In this document: piece after piece, positions 9,671 through 19,680 of the stretch
Layout of the letters: every line of letters starts with the position of its first letter
Numbering within the stretch: the stretch's first letter is position 1
DNA from: an uncultured bacterium
GTDB lineage: Bacteria; Armatimonadota; Hebobacteria; Hebobacterales; Hebobacteraceae
DNA length: 64,000 nt
NCBI GenBank assembly: GCA_964559435.1
Contig: CAZLHI010000014.1
Span: 1,178 to 65,177 of the forward strand
Reading direction: 5' to 3'
Notes under the pieces: model-generated
Told to the model about the DNA's origin: nothing
Seen by the model: the letters and a program-made list of their open reading frames with translations, nothing else
Database searches by the model: none
Translations under genes and position numbers: made by a program

Positions 9671-10984
9671 ATGCGGACCCGTAAGCCCGAGCCCCAGTGC
9701 TCGTTTTGCGGCAAAACACAGAGCGAGGTCGGCGGCCGCCTCATCGCCGGGGACGGTGTCTTCATCTGCGCCGACTGCACCTCCCTTTGCCACGAGCTTC
9801 TACAAGAGGACCATCGGCCGACCGTTGCGCAGCAGGGGTCGCTGTTCGATCTCGCAATTCCCACCCCAAAGGAAATATACGAGGCACTCAGCGACTACGT
9901 CATCGGACAGGAGCATGCGCGACGCGTCCTGTCGGTCGCAGTGTATAACCATTACAAACGGATCCAGATGCAGCGTGAGGGCGAGAAGGAAGAGGTCGAG
10001 CTTCAGAAGAGCAACATTCTTCTGATGGGGCCGACTGGCAGCGGAAAGACCCTGCTGGCGCAGACCCTCGCGAAGATACTCGACGTCCCGTTCTGCATCA
10101 CCGACGCCACGACGCTCACCGAAGCCGGATATGTCGGCGAAGACGTCGAGAACATATTGCTCAAGCTGTACCAGGCCGCAGACGGTAACATGGAGCGCGC
10201 CGAGCGCGGCATCGTCTATATCGACGAGATCGACAAGATCGCCCGCAAGAGCGAGAACCGGTCCATCACCAGGGACGTCAGCGGTGAGGGCGTGCAGCAG
10301 GCGCTCCTCAAGATCCTCGAGGGGACGATCGCCAATATTCCGCCTCAGGGCGGCCGGAAGCATCCCCAGCAGGACTACATACAGATGGACTCCACCGACA
10401 TCTTGTTCATCTGCGGCGGAACTTTTGAGGGGCTGGAGGGCATCATCCGGCTCCGGGTCAACGAGCAAAGGCCCTTCGGGCTGGGGCAGTCGCTCGCCAG
10501 CAACCGTGAATGCCCGCTCGGGGAGGTCCTCCGCCAGGTCCTGCCCGAGGACTTGCTCGGCTTCGGCTTCATACCGGAGTTCATCGGTCGCCTTCCGGTC
10601 GTCGGGACGCTCGATCCGCTCGACAAGGAGGCGCTTCTGCGCATCCTCGTCGAGCCGAGGAATGCCTTGGTCCAGCAATACCGCAAGTATCTTGAGTGGG
10701 ATGGTGTCGAGCTTGAGTTCAGTCAGGACGCGCTGGAGGCCATCGCAGAGCAGGCCCTCGCGCGCAAGACCGGCGCCAGGGCTCTTCGCACGATTATCGA
10801 GGAGGTCATGCTCGATATCATGTACGAAGTCCCTTCTCGGCGAGGCACGGCCAGGTGTCTGGTGACGGGAGAGGCCGTGAGGCGTCAGCAGCCCGCGGCG
10901 TTGATGAGCTCAGTGGAGCCCGATCAGCACAGGAGGGACAGGGAGGAGTCGCCCCCGCAGGCCGAGGAACGCAAAGCAGGTTAA
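9671..10984 (+). CDS. clpX: ATP-dependent Clp protease ATP-binding subunit ClpX
   Basis: The second ATG (9671) has correct spacing from GGAGGA. N-terminal zinc-binding region CSFCGK…CADC, Walker A GPTGSGKT and the ClpX body are present. Confidence 0.95.
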   Translation: MRTRKPEPQCSFCGKTQSEVGGRLIAGDGVFICADCTSLCHELLQEDHRPTVAQQGSLFDLAIPTPKEIYEALSDYVIGQEHARRVLSVAVYNHYKRIQMQREGEKEEVELQKSNILLMGPTGSGKTLLAQTLAKILDVPFCITDATTLTEAGYVGEDVENILLKLYQAADGNMERAERGIVYIDEIDKIARKSENRSITRDVSGEGVQQALLKILEGTIANIPPQGGRKHPQQDYIQMDSTDILFICGGTFEGLEGIIRLRVNEQRPFGLGQSLASNRECPLGEVLRQVLPEDLLGFGFIPEFIGRLPVVGTLDPLDKEALLRILVEPRNALVQQYRKYLEWDGVELEFSQDALEAIAEQALARKTGARALRTIIEEVMLDIMYEVPSRRGTARCLVTGEAVRRQQPAALMSSVEPDQHRRDREESPPQAEERKAG

Positions 10985-11007
10985 CTCAACCGGCTAAGGA
11001 GACAGCG

Positions 11008-13473
11008 TTGTCTGACGTCAGGGACACAAAGATACTTTCGCCGGAAGAGGTTCAGACCAAGCAGGAGCCGATTCCGGATCAGGTGCCGGTGCTGCCCACG
11101 AGGGGCGCCGTCATCTACCCCTATCTGGTCGTTCCCCTATTCGTAGGCCGCCCGCGGTCTGTCCAGGCGCTCGAGGCGGCAATGAAGGAGAATCGGCGGA
11201 TCGCGCTGTTGGCCCAGCGGAACGTCAGCGTGGACGACCCCAGCGGGGAGGACCTGTATTCGGTGGGGACCATCGGCGACATCGTCCAGACGTTGCCGCT
11301 GCCCGACGGCACGATTCGGGTCATGCTAGAGGGCTCCGGTCGAGTCCGCGTCACGGAGTATGTCCACACCGAGCCGTTCCTTCGCGCTCGGATAGAGGAT
11401 CTGACTGAGGAAGCCCAGCCCGGCATCGAGACGGAGGCCCTCGTCCGTAACGTCATCACCCAGTTCGAGCGACTCATCAACCTTGGGAAGAACATCCCGG
11501 CCGAAGCGCTGGAATCTGCTCGCAGGATGTCCGACCCTGGACGCCTGGCCGATCTCATCGCGTATTACGCACAGATCGCCGTTGAGGTGAAGCAGCAGGT
11601 ACTTGAGGCCGTTAGCCAGCGCGATAGGTTGGAGATACTCGCCAATGTGATCAGCCGCGAGATCGAGATCCTCGAGGTCGAGCGCAAGATCAGCTCCCGC
11701 GTGAAACAAGAGCTTGAGGACTCCCAAAAGGAGTTCTATCTGCGGGAGAAGATGAAGGCGATCCAGCACGAGCTCGGGGAGCGCGACGAGCGCACCAGCG
11801 AGATCGAGGAACTCCGCGGCCGCATCAAAGAAGGGGCCATGCCGGAGGACGTAGAAGAGCGCGCGCTCAAGGAGCTCGACCGGCTTGAGCGGATGCCTCC
11901 TGCGTCCCCTGAGACGGTTGTGGTTCGGACCTATCTCGATTGGCTGATCTCCATGCCCTGGCAGAAGCGAAGCGAGGAGAAGCTCGACATCGTGGAGGCC
12001 GAGCGCATCCTGAACGAGGACCACTACGGCCTGAAGAAGGTGAAGGAGCGAGTCCTCGAGTTTCTCGCTGTGCGCAAGCTAAACAAGGAGATCAAGGGGC
12101 CCATCCTCTGCTTCATCGGCCCGCCCGGCGTTGGCAAGACGTCCATCGGCCGCTCGATCGCTCGCGCCACCGGTCGCAACTTCGTCCGGATCTCGCTCGG
12201 CGGTGTCCGAGACGAGGGTGAGATTCGCGGCCATCGCCGCACGTACGTCGGAGCGCTGCCCGGCCGCATCGTCCAGGGCCTCAAGACGGCCGGCACTCGC
12301 AACCCCGTCTTCATGATGGACGAGGTCGACAAGATCGGCGTCGACTTCCGCGGCGATCCGGCCTCGGCGCTCCTCGAGGTCCTCGACCCCGAGCAGAACT
12401 TCGCTTTCAGCGACCACTACCTCGAGGTGCCGCTCGACTTGTCTGAGGTCATGTTCATCACAACGGGCAACCTCATGGACCCGGTTCCGCCGGCCTTGAA
12501 GGACCGGATGGAGGTTATCGAGTTCCCAGGTTACATCGAAGAGGAGAAGGTGAAGATCGCTCAGCTCTTCCTCGTGCCCAAACAGGTGAAGAACCACGGG
12601 CTCGAACCGAAGCAGCTGCGGTTCACCGAGGCCGGCCTCCGCGGCATCATCCGCGAGTACACGCGCGAGGCCGGCGTACGCAATCTGGAACGCGAGATCG
12701 CGTCGATCTCCCGCAAAGTCGCCAAGGGCGTCGCGCAGGAGAAGGTCAAGGCTGCCCGGCTGACCGCCAAGTCTGTCCGCAATTACCTCGGCCCCGCTCG
12801 CTTCCGCTACGGCATCGCCGAGAAGGAGGACGAGATCGGTGTTGCGACCGGCCTTGGCTGGACCGAGGTCGGCGGGGACGTCCTCTTCATCGAGGTGACG
12901 CTGATGAAGGGCGGCGGGAAACTTCTCTTGACCGGGCATCTGGGCGATGTCATGCAGGAGTCGGGCAAGGCCGCACTCAGCTATGCTCGGTCTCGGGCCG
13001 CAGAGCTCGGCATAGATCCCGACTTCTACCGGGTGACCGACGTTCATATCCACGTGCCCGCCGGGCAGATACCGAAGGACGGCCCTTCTGCTGGCATAAC
13101 GATGGGGACGGCCCTCGTCTCGGCTCTGACCGGCCGCCCTGTCCATCGCAACGTGGCCATGACCGGAGAGATTACGCTTCGCGGGAAGGTGTTGCCCGTG
13201 GGTGGCATCAAGGAAAAGGTCCTGGCCGCGCACCGGGCCGGCATCAAGACGATCATCCTGCCCGAGGAGAGCCGCAAGGACCTAGAAGAGATTCCGACGC
13301 ATGTGAAGCAAGACCTCAAGTTCCGCTTCGCCGAGACCATGGATCAGGTCATCAGGGTCGCGCTGCACGAGCGGCCGAAGCGCCGTGTCGTCTTCGATAC
13401 GAGGGGCCCGGAGGAGCAGCCCGAGGTCGCGCCACCGGCGCAGGTGACGCAGCCGGGCCGCGCGGTGCACTAG
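11008..13473 (+). CDS. lon: Lon protease (LonA)
   Basis: TTG 11008 (aa 52 of ORF 10855) follows AAGGAGACA, 24 nt after the clpX stop. Lon N-domain, AAA+ module GPPGVGKTS and protease Ser in [11 protein letters not shown] are present. Confidence 0.93.
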   Translation: MSDVRDTKILSPEEVQTKQEPIPDQVPVLPTRGAVIYPYLVVPLFVGRPRSVQALEAAMKENRRIALLAQRNVSVDDPSGEDLYSVGTIGDIVQTLPLPDGTIRVMLEGSGRVRVTEYVHTEPFLRARIEDLTEEAQPGIETEALVRNVITQFERLINLGKNIPAEALESARRMSDPGRLADLIAYYAQIAVEVKQQVLEAVSQRDRLEILANVISREIEILEVERKISSRVKQELEDSQKEFYLREKMKAIQHELGERDERTSEIEELRGRIKEGAMPEDVEERALKELDRLERMPPASPETVVVRTYLDWLISMPWQKRSEEKLDIVEAERILNEDHYGLKKVKERVLEFLAVRKLNKEIKGPILCFIGPPGVGKTSIGRSIARATGRNFVRISLGGVRDEGEIRGHRRTYVGALPGRIVQGLKTAGTRNPVFMMDEVDKIGVDFRGDPASALLEVLDPEQNFAFSDHYLEVPLDLSEVMFITTGNLMDPVPPALKDRMEVIEFPGYIEEEKVKIAQLFLVPKQVKNHGLEPKQLRFTEAGLRGIIREYTREAGVRNLEREIASISRKVAKGVAQEKVKAARLTAKSVRNYLGPARFRYGIAEKEDEIGVATGLGWTEVGGDVLFIEVTLMKGGGKLLLTGHLGDVMQESGKAALSYARSRAAELGIDPDFYRVTDVHIHVPAGQIPKDGPSAGITMGTALVSALTGRPVHRNVAMTGEITLRGKVLPVGGIKEKVLAAHRAGIKTIILPEESRKDLEEIPTHVKQDLKFRFAETMDQVIRVALHERPKRRVVFDTRGPEEQPEVAPPAQVTQPGRAVH

Positions 13474-13499
13474 CTGAGCCAGCAGACTTGCGTCTCAGG

Positions 13500-13535
13500 G
13501 AGCGGCCTTGGAGAGAGGGCCGCTCTTTCTGTCTC
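13500..13535 (+). terminator. putative intrinsic terminator after lon
   Basis: Stem GAGCGGCC/GGCCGCTC with a 10-nt loop, followed by TTTCTGTCTC, about 27 nt after the lon stop. Confidence 0.45.
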
Positions 13536-13714
13536 CGTCTCTTGCACGCCGCCTACTGCTCGGCCTGCACGGGCCTCATGCGCAGTAGGAGCGCGGGTCG
13601 GATCTCCGGTAGCTCCCCCAACTCGGCGGCCGATTATGGCCGCGTGCGTCGGCGAGCCCGGGCTTCTCGAAGTCGGCTGCGACGAATCCTACTCCAGTGG
13701 TACGCCACCAGGGG

Positions 13715-14494
13715 CTACGACTTGCCCGGCTTCGTCGCCAGTATCACAGTGATTGCTGAGTTCCCGCGCGAAATGACAAGCCCCAACTTCTGGCCTGAGC
13801 GCAGCCGGTGCGTGTTGCGTAGCTGCCACGCCTCTCGCACCGCGGCACCGGGATACGCGCTCTGGTCGAGGACCCCGACCCCGACCCGCACGATCCCCTT
13901 CGATTCCACCTCCCGGGCCACTGCCAGAAGCACCTGCGGCCAGTTCGAAAACGGCGGCAGGGCGACGAACTCCGCTCGTCCCTGCTGTGCTGTGACGGTG
14001 ATCTGATGCGGTTGATAGCCGGGCGGTAGAGCGGGGAACGTGAGCTTCTCTCCAGGTCTCAATGCACGCGTCGAGACTCGAAGTCCGGTCGATACGGGGG
14101 CCGCTTCGCTCCAGCCGTTGAGACTGGCCGGCGGCGCGGGGTAGACCTCGGCCGCGATCTGCACGCGCGCCTGCGGGACATCCAAGGCACTCACCATGGT
14201 CCGGAGTTCAGCCACGCCGCGGGCCGTGCCGGCCGCCAGCAGATAGCGCGAGGCCGGATACGCAGCCGTGATGAGGTCTATGCCGGGGAAGCTCTTCTGC
14301 CGCGCGGACGTCGCACTCGTGCCGCGGGCCGACACATCGGCCGCGTACTCGAACTGCCACCCCAGCAGCGGCGCCATCTCGCACGCAAGGACGTGCTTGA
14401 GGGGGATCGTCTCGAACGCAACATCGGGGGGCGCCGCGGCCCCGGCTGTTGCGGCAAAGATGAGCGCCAGGACAATCAAGGTCCGCAGGGTCAT
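13715..14494 (-). CDS. hypothetical secreted protein
   Basis: Start MTLRTLIVLALIFAATAGAAAPP is a signal peptide (aa 4 of ORF 13715..14503). No recognisable domain. Co-directional with tig, 45 nt downstream of it. Confidence 0.55.
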   Translation of the reverse strand: MTLRTLIVLALIFAATAGAAAPPDVAFETIPLKHVLACEMAPLLGWQFEYAADVSARGTSATSARQKSFPGIDLITAAYPASRYLLAAGTARGVAELRTMVSALDVPQARVQIAAEVYPAPPASLNGWSEAAPVSTGLRVSTRALRPGEKLTFPALPPGYQPHQITVTAQQGRAEFVALPPFSNWPQVLLAVAREVESKGIVRVGVGVLDQSAYPGAAVREAWQLRNTHRLRSGQKLGLVISRGNSAITVILATKPGKS

Positions 14495-14548
14495 CGCCTC
14501 CACCTCCGACCTGCCGGATTCCGCCCAGGAAGAGGAGGCCCCTGCCGG

Positions 14549-15979
14549 TCACTGATCGGCTTTCTCTTCTTCCTGCTCCGGTTGCGCCGACTCGCCGGAC
14601 CCGGCGCCCGTGTCCGTGTCGGCCGGTTCCTCCTCCTCAGGCTGTACGATCTCCTCCGTTATCTCGGCATTATCAACGAGGAACTGCACGACCTTGCGAT
14701 GATAGACTCGGGTGACGAGCCGGTTGAACTGCGACGGGTCAGACGAGTAGCGCTCGCGGATGTCCTCCTCCTTGATTCCCTCGCGGTCGGCCTGCCGCTG
14801 CATCTCCTCGTGGCCCTCTTCATCGGTCACCTGGATCTTCTCTTGCTCGCCGATCTCGTCCAGGACGAGCGCCCGCCGGGCGGCCGCCCGCGCGTTTGTC
14901 TCGATATCGGCCCGCCAGTCCTCGAAGGACTGATTCGCGTTCTGGAGATGCTGGTGAAGCGTGAGGCCTCGCCGATCGAGTTCGCCCTCGATCTCATCCA
15001 TCCGTCGATCGACCTCCCGGCCCACCAACGCCTCGGGCACATCCAGCGAGGCCGCGTCACTGACGATTTGTATCAGTTGTGTTCTCACCTCGTCGTCCGC
15101 GATCGCCTTGCCGACCGCCTCCAGGATCTCCCGGACACGCCGCCGCAGCCCGTCAAGTGTCTCGAGGTCTGACACTTCCTTGGCGAAATCGTCGTCCAGC
15201 TCGGGCAGCTGCCGCCGCCGGGCTTGCTTGATGGTCACCTTGAACTGCGCGGTCTTGCCGGCCAGCCACGGGTCCGAGTGGTCCTCACGGTAGTTGACCT
15301 CGACGTCGCGCGTTTCCCCCACCTTCGATCCGGGCAGGGCTTCGTTCATCTCCGGGAACAGCTCGTCTTCGCCGACCTCAAGCGGATAACCCTGGGCGCT
15401 TGCGTCATCTCGCTTCTCGCCATCGACGAACATGTCATAGTCGACGATGACCACATCGCCCTTCTGCACCGGCTCGTCCTGGGGAAGTTCTCGGAACTGG
15501 GCACGGCGGGAGCGAGCGCGCTCCAGCTCGGCCTCGACGTGCGCATCCGTTACCGCGGTTATCCGGCGAGTCGCCTTGAGGCCCTTGTACTCCCCCAGCT
15601 CGATCGTCGGCCGCAGCGTCACCGCCGCCGAAAAGGACAGCCCTCCCTCCTCCGTCAAGTCCGGCTCGCCGATCCTCGCCTGGTCCAGCGGGTTGATTCC
15701 TGCTTTTTCTACGGCTGCATCGTAGGCGTCGCTGAGCAGCGATTCCACGATCTGCTCCCGCAAGGCATCCGCGTCCACGTACCGCTCCAGGACCGACCTC
15801 GGCGCCTTGCCCTTGCGGAAGCCGGGGATGTTGGCTCTGCGCCCGAACTCCCTCAGCACGGCCGTCCTCACCCTCTCAACAGGTGCGGGCGGCACTTTGA
15901 CTTGCAGCTCGACCTGCCCGCCGTCGAGTTCCTTTACCTCGACGTCGACATTGAGCTCATGCTCGCTCGGGCTGCTCAC
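14549..15979 (-). CDS. tig: trigger factor
   Basis: FKBP-type PPIase and ribosome-binding N-domain motifs are present (…GFRKGKAP…). Start assigned to GTG at V31 of the track ORF, just before ELNVDVEVKEL. Acidic C-terminal tail. Confidence 0.85.
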   Translation of the reverse strand: MSSPSEHELNVDVEVKELDGGQVELQVKVPPAPVERVRTAVLREFGRRANIPGFRKGKAPRSVLERYVDADALREQIVESLLSDAYDAAVEKAGINPLDQARIGEPDLTEEGGLSFSAAVTLRPTIELGEYKGLKATRRITAVTDAHVEAELERARSRRAQFRELPQDEPVQKGDVVIVDYDMFVDGEKRDDASAQGYPLEVGEDELFPEMNEALPGSKVGETRDVEVNYREDHSDPWLAGKTAQFKVTIKQARRRQLPELDDDFAKEVSDLETLDGLRRRVREILEAVGKAIADDEVRTQLIQIVSDAASLDVPEALVGREVDRRMDEIEGELDRRGLTLHQHLQNANQSFEDWRADIETNARAAARRALVLDEIGEQEKIQVTDEEGHEEMQRQADREGIKEEDIRERYSSDPSQFNRLVTRVYHRKVVQFLVDNAEITEEIVQPEEEEPADTDTGAGSGESAQPEQEEEKADQ

Positions 15980-16107
15980 AAACGTGCTCCCCTGGCGGTA
16001 AGGCCGCGGTTTCGCCCCCGCGAAAAGATGACCTCGCCGAACCCTAGGCGAGGTCGAGACTGCTAGCATTCGGCCGGCGGCGGCCGATTCGCATGCACAG
16101 AATCAAC

Positions 16108-16182
16108 TGGAGCGGGAGAAGGGACTTGAACCCTCGACCCTCACCTTGGCAAGGTGACGCTCTACCACTGAGCTACTCCCGC
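16108..16182 (-). tRNA. tRNA-Gly (anticodon GCC), CCA encoded
   Basis: Reverse complement GCGGGAGTAGCTCAGTGGTAGAGCGTCACCTTGCCAAGGTGAGGGTCGAGGGTTCAAGTCCCTTCTCCCGCTCCA folds as a cloverleaf. Acceptor GCGGGAG/CTCCCGC, anticodon loop TTGCCAA. Confidence 0.95.
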
Positions 16183-16317
16183 CCCCGACACTCGATACTG
16201 GATTCTAGGCTGCCAGCAGGGCTCCTGTCAAGTCGCGGCCGAGGTGCCAGGCAACCTGCTCGCTCATCGGTGCCCCCCTCGGCCACTCCGAGTCGACTCC
16301 CCAAGCCGCCCGCGCAG

Positions 16318-16326
16318 TGCTATAAT
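16318..16326 (+). promoter_or_regulatory. extended -10 element TGcTATAAT, candidate promoter of the methyltransferase/nuclease module
   Basis: Perfect TATAAT preceded by TG, about 140 nt upstream of the MTase ATG. No good -35 was seen. Confidence 0.3.
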
Positions 16327-16463
16327 GTCACAGCGAGGGACACCAGCGGGCACAGCGAGACCAGAACTGCCCTCTGTGGCCAACCGCGGTGTGTGTTACT
16401 TCCCTCCAATGCCGACAGCCAAAGCTGCGGCGCTACAACGCAGACACATCCTTGGTGAACTAG

Positions 16464-17801
16464 ATGCGCAATCGGCGCTCCTCTGCTGCAGCACGTAACG
16501 GCGAAGCGAACAAGCTGAGTCGCGACGACCAACCGGTCCACGACTGGTATCGCTTCGTGCTGTCATTCCCCCCGCATTTGGTGCGCGAGTACCTCCAACG
16601 CTTCGGAATTACGGCAGACCAGACCGTACTCGACCCCTTCTGCGGCACTGGCACAACGCTGGTGGAGTGCAAGAAGAGGGGCGTGCCCAGTATTGGTCTG
16701 GAAGCTCACCCGCTCGCACACTTCGCGAGTGAGGTGAAGGTTGATTGGGGGATAGATGGCGCGGGATTGCTGGCTCACGCCCAACGCGTCGCCGACGAGG
16801 CCGCGACACGTCTAGAGGCGCAAGGGATTCTGGATGACTGGTCCTTCGTACCGACCCCCTCTCAGCAGGAGACCCTCCGCCGACTGCCGCCGGATGCCGA
16901 CAAGCTTCTACTGAAAGGGTCCATTAGCCCAGTGCCTCTGCACAAGACCTTGGTTCTGCTTGAGACCATAGAGGACGATCAGCAGTCACCCTATCGACGA
17001 CACGAGTTGCTCGGCCTCGCGAAGGCACTGAGCGCCTGGATCGGCAATCTCCATTTCGGCCCCGAAGTTGGGGTGACACGTCCGAAGCTTGACACACCCG
17101 TGATTGGGCCGTGGCTGGAGGCTCTTCGATCTATGGGCGAGGACCTCGCATCTGTTCGCGATCTGGCCTCCGCCCCCGCGGAAGCCCACTGCACAGATGC
17201 GCGTGAGGCCAGCGTCCACCTGGGTACCAGTTCCATCTCAGCCGTTGTCACCTCGCCTCCTTACCCGAACGAGAAGGACTACACGCGGATCACTCGCCTC
17301 GAATCGGTGATACTCGGGTTTGTGCGCTCCAGATCCGAGCTGCGCGCTCTGAAGCAGCAACTCGTCAGGTCCAACACGCGGAACGTCTACAAGGGCGATA
17401 CAGATGACACTCTGGTTGCCGATCACTCCAGCGTTCAGCAGATAGCGAGGGCCATTGAGTCGCGGCGTGTTGAGTTGAAGAAGACTTCAGGCTTCGAGAG
17501 GCTGTATCCCTCCGTCACGAAGCTGTACTTTGGGGGCATGAAGCGTCACCTAGCTGACCTTCGCGTGTGCCTCCGGGCTGGGGCGCATCTTGCATACGTT
17601 GTGGGCGACCAGGCATCATATCTGCGCGTCATGATCCGCACTGGCGCTATCCTGGCTGAGATAGCGGAATCCCTGGGCTACGAGGTCGTAGACGTCGACC
17701 TATTCCGAACTAGGCTGGCCACTGCCACGAAGCAGCAGTTGCGCGAAGAGGTGGTCGTGCTTAGATGGCCGGGCGAACCGTCGCGGGGGAGAGGGAAGTG
17801 A
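16464..17801 (+). CDS. site-specific DNA methyltransferase (N4-cytosine/N6-adenine amino-MTase, motif I then motif IV order)
   Basis: Motif I VLDPFCGTGTTLVE near the N-terminus and motif IV VVTSPPYPNEKDY about 200 aa later, with an intervening TRD-sized region. GC is lower than the flanks. Confidence 0.8.
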   Translation: MRNRRSSAAARNGEANKLSRDDQPVHDWYRFVLSFPPHLVREYLQRFGITADQTVLDPFCGTGTTLVECKKRGVPSIGLEAHPLAHFASEVKVDWGIDGAGLLAHAQRVADEAATRLEAQGILDDWSFVPTPSQQETLRRLPPDADKLLLKGSISPVPLHKTLVLLETIEDDQQSPYRRHELLGLAKALSAWIGNLHFGPEVGVTRPKLDTPVIGPWLEALRSMGEDLASVRDLASAPAEAHCTDAREASVHLGTSSISAVVTSPPYPNEKDYTRITRLESVILGFVRSRSELRALKQQLVRSNTRNVYKGDTDDTLVADHSSVQQIARAIESRRVELKKTSGFERLYPSVTKLYFGGMKRHLADLRVCLRAGAHLAYVVGDQASYLRVMIRTGAILAEIAESLGYEVVDVDLFRTRLATATKQQLREEVVVLRWPGEPSRGRGK

Positions 17802-18610
17802 GCGATACCGACAAGAGGCGCAAGCCGAGCCGGTACGAACAGATCATCGAACGCATCTTCATGGCACACTACGAACCCGGAGCGGAGGAGTTCCTTTTCA
17901 GCAGAGACGAGATAGTCGCCCATGCGACAGAACTTGGTATCGAACTCCCGAAGAATCTGGGCGACGTGATCTACACATTCCGCTATCGTGCCGAGCTACC
18001 AGCCTCCATACTGGCAATGGCCCCGAAGGGGAAGACTTGGAGCATTCACCCGGCCGGCAGGGGGCTATACCGGTTTGTTGCAGAGACTCCTTTCGACTGC
18101 TTGCCTAACCCAAACCTGGCCGAGGTCAAGGTTCCCGACGCGACACCTGGTGTTATCGCGATGTACGCGTTGAGTGACGAGCAAGCTCTGTTGGCGAAGC
18201 TTCGGTACAACCGCCTAGTCGACATATTCACAGGAGTCACGTGCTACTCACTCCAGAGCCACCTCAGAACGACTGTCCCAAGGCGTGGCCAGATCGAGAC
18301 TGACGAGTTGTACATCGGCCTTGACCGGAGAGGGGCACACTACGTCTTCCCGATAGAGGCAAAAGGGGCTAATGAGAAGATCGGGCATGTGCAGGTAATG
18401 CAGGACATCCTGCTGTGCCGCGCCAAGTTCCCCGGGCTGACATGCCGCCCAATCGGAGCGCAGTTTATGGCAGACGATCTGATTGCTCTCTTCGAGTTCG
18501 AGGAGAGCGAAGGCCGCGTCAGAATCGTGACAGAGAAGCACTATCGACTCGTCGAGCCAGAGAACCTATCGCCGGAGGAGTTGGAGGCGTACCGGAAGCG
18601 ATCCGAGTGA
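17765..18610 (+). CDS. putative restriction endonuclease (PD-(D/E)xK-like), partner of the upstream MTase
   Basis: Overlaps the MTase stop (GTG 17798 sits in GTGA with the MTase TGA, preceded by GGGGGAGAGGGAA; the ATG 17765 alternative is also possible). Core IETDELYIGLDRRGAHYVFPIEAKG reads as D…(E)xK. Lower GC than the flanks. Confidence 0.5.
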   Translation: MAGRTVAGEREVSDTDKRRKPSRYEQIIERIFMAHYEPGAEEFLFSRDEIVAHATELGIELPKNLGDVIYTFRYRAELPASILAMAPKGKTWSIHPAGRGLYRFVAETPFDCLPNPNLAEVKVPDATPGVIAMYALSDEQALLAKLRYNRLVDIFTGVTCYSLQSHLRTTVPRRGQIETDELYIGLDRRGAHYVFPIEAKGANEKIGHVQVMQDILLCRAKFPGLTCRPIGAQFMADDLIALFEFEESEGRVRIVTEKHYRLVEPENLSPEELEAYRKRSE

Positions 18611-18710
18611 CGGGGTGGTGCGGCAAGCTCGAACGCGTCCCTCTCTGACAAGTCTGGAAGCACGAAGCCTTGAAGCCCACGAGTCGGTTCTACGCACGAA
18701 GGTGGCACAT

Positions 18711-19316
18711 ATGGGAAACAACCTGACTATGGAGGCACTGCTGGCAGAGTTCGCGGCGCTACGGGCTGAGATTCAGCGAAGGTCAGAAGCGCAAGATCGC
18801 CTTCAAGTTCTGCTAACCGCCACCGCCGGTGTTGTGCTGCCCCTCGCGGCTCAGCAGCGTCCGCAAATCCTTGTCTGCCTTTCCTTTGTGGCCTCCCTCA
18901 CAGGCTTGGCATGGGCTGATCATGCAATGCAGATCAAGACCCTAGGGAGCTACATCAGGGAGGTGATCGAATGCGAAGTGAGGCGACTCGCCGGACCTAA
19001 CGTCATGCAGTGGGAACACTGGTTCCGCGGAGGCCTGGCGTCGGCAGACGACAGGGCTTTCCGCCGGATCATGAACATACCGCTCTTCAGGTACACCCTC
19101 CCGGGCTTGTTCATCCTGAGTGGCTTCACGGGCCTACTCGGAATCCCGTATGCTGTCTTTGCGGGTCCGTCAGAAAAGAGGCTTCCTTCGTCACTGCTCC
19201 TGTGGGGGATCGAAGCCTTGGCGGGCCTGATGTTCCTCGCAATGCTAGTGGGCATCATCATGCGGTGGAAGCTACGACGAGTGCCACAGCCTGAGACGCC
19301 CCTCCCAGCGGAGTAG
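18711..19316 (+). CDS. hypothetical membrane protein (N-terminal coiled coil plus about 4 TM helices)
   Basis: ATG 18711 (aa 33 of ORF 18615) follows AAGGTGG. Hydrophobic segments VLLTATAGVVLPLAA, ILVCLSFVASLTGLAWA, LPGLFILSGFTGLLGIPYAVFA and LLLWGIEALAGLMFLAMLVGIIM. Third gene of the tRNA-flanked islet. Confidence 0.55.
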   Translation: MGNNLTMEALLAEFAALRAEIQRRSEAQDRLQVLLTATAGVVLPLAAQQRPQILVCLSFVASLTGLAWADHAMQIKTLGSYIREVIECEVRRLAGPNVMQWEHWFRGGLASADDRAFRRIMNIPLFRYTLPGLFILSGFTGLLGIPYAVFAGPSEKRLPSSLLLWGIEALAGLMFLAMLVGIIMRWKLRRVPQPETPLPAE

Positions 19317-19531
19317 GCAGACCGTGGGTCGTTTCACTGCCGCTCGCCGCGTCCAGTACTTCAAGCAGCCCAGCACGATCATCCTGAGGAGCGTTCTCTT
19401 CCACGAGGACGCTGTGACTGGCGCAGGACGCGATGATCGATGCCATGATCCGGCTCGAGAAGGCGCTGAGGCCGCATATCAAGAACCTCAAGCCGTAGCC
19501 GAGGGCACTTCTCCGCTCGGGATCCCCAAAG

Positions 19532-19615
19532 TGGGCGAGGGGAGATTTGAACTCCCACGGCATTGCTGCCACAGGATTCTAAGTCCTGCGCGTCTGCCAG
19601 TTCCGCCACTCGCCC
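19532..19615 (-). tRNA. tRNA-Leu (anticodon TAG)
   Basis: Reverse complement GGGCGAGTGGCGGAACTGGCAGACGCGCAGGACTTAGAATCCTGTGGCAGCAATGCCGTGGGAGTTCAAATCTCCCCTCGCCCA. Acceptor GGGCGAG/CTCGCCC, anticodon loop CTTAGAA, long variable arm typical of Leu. No encoded CCA. Confidence 0.92.
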
Positions 19616-19680
19616 GCCTATCAGTATCGTATTGCCGGCAGAAGCCTGTGTCAAGGCTGGGGGCGCCGGCGGAACGAGGT

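Noticed and set aside
10855-11007. Long N-terminal extension of lon (ATG 10855) overlapping 130 nt of clpX.
   Set aside because: The in-frame TTG at 11008 with AAGGAGACA lies just after the clpX stop and gives an N-terminus matching Lon homologs. The extension is Arg/Gly-rich filler.
16093-16458. 121-aa ORF covering tRNA-Gly, and the analogous 140-aa ORF 19324..19746 covering tRNA-Leu.
   Set aside because: Each is fully explained by a canonical tRNA cloverleaf on the opposite strand; the translations are Arg/Pro-rich junk.
16183-16463. Searched for an attachment-site direct repeat or integrase that would make the R-M islet a classic tRNA-integrated genomic island.
   Set aside because: No copy of the tRNA-Leu 3' end (only a weak CGACTCCCC resemblance) and no integrase or recombinase gene is present, so the islet is called only a low-GC insertion, not a defined mobile element.
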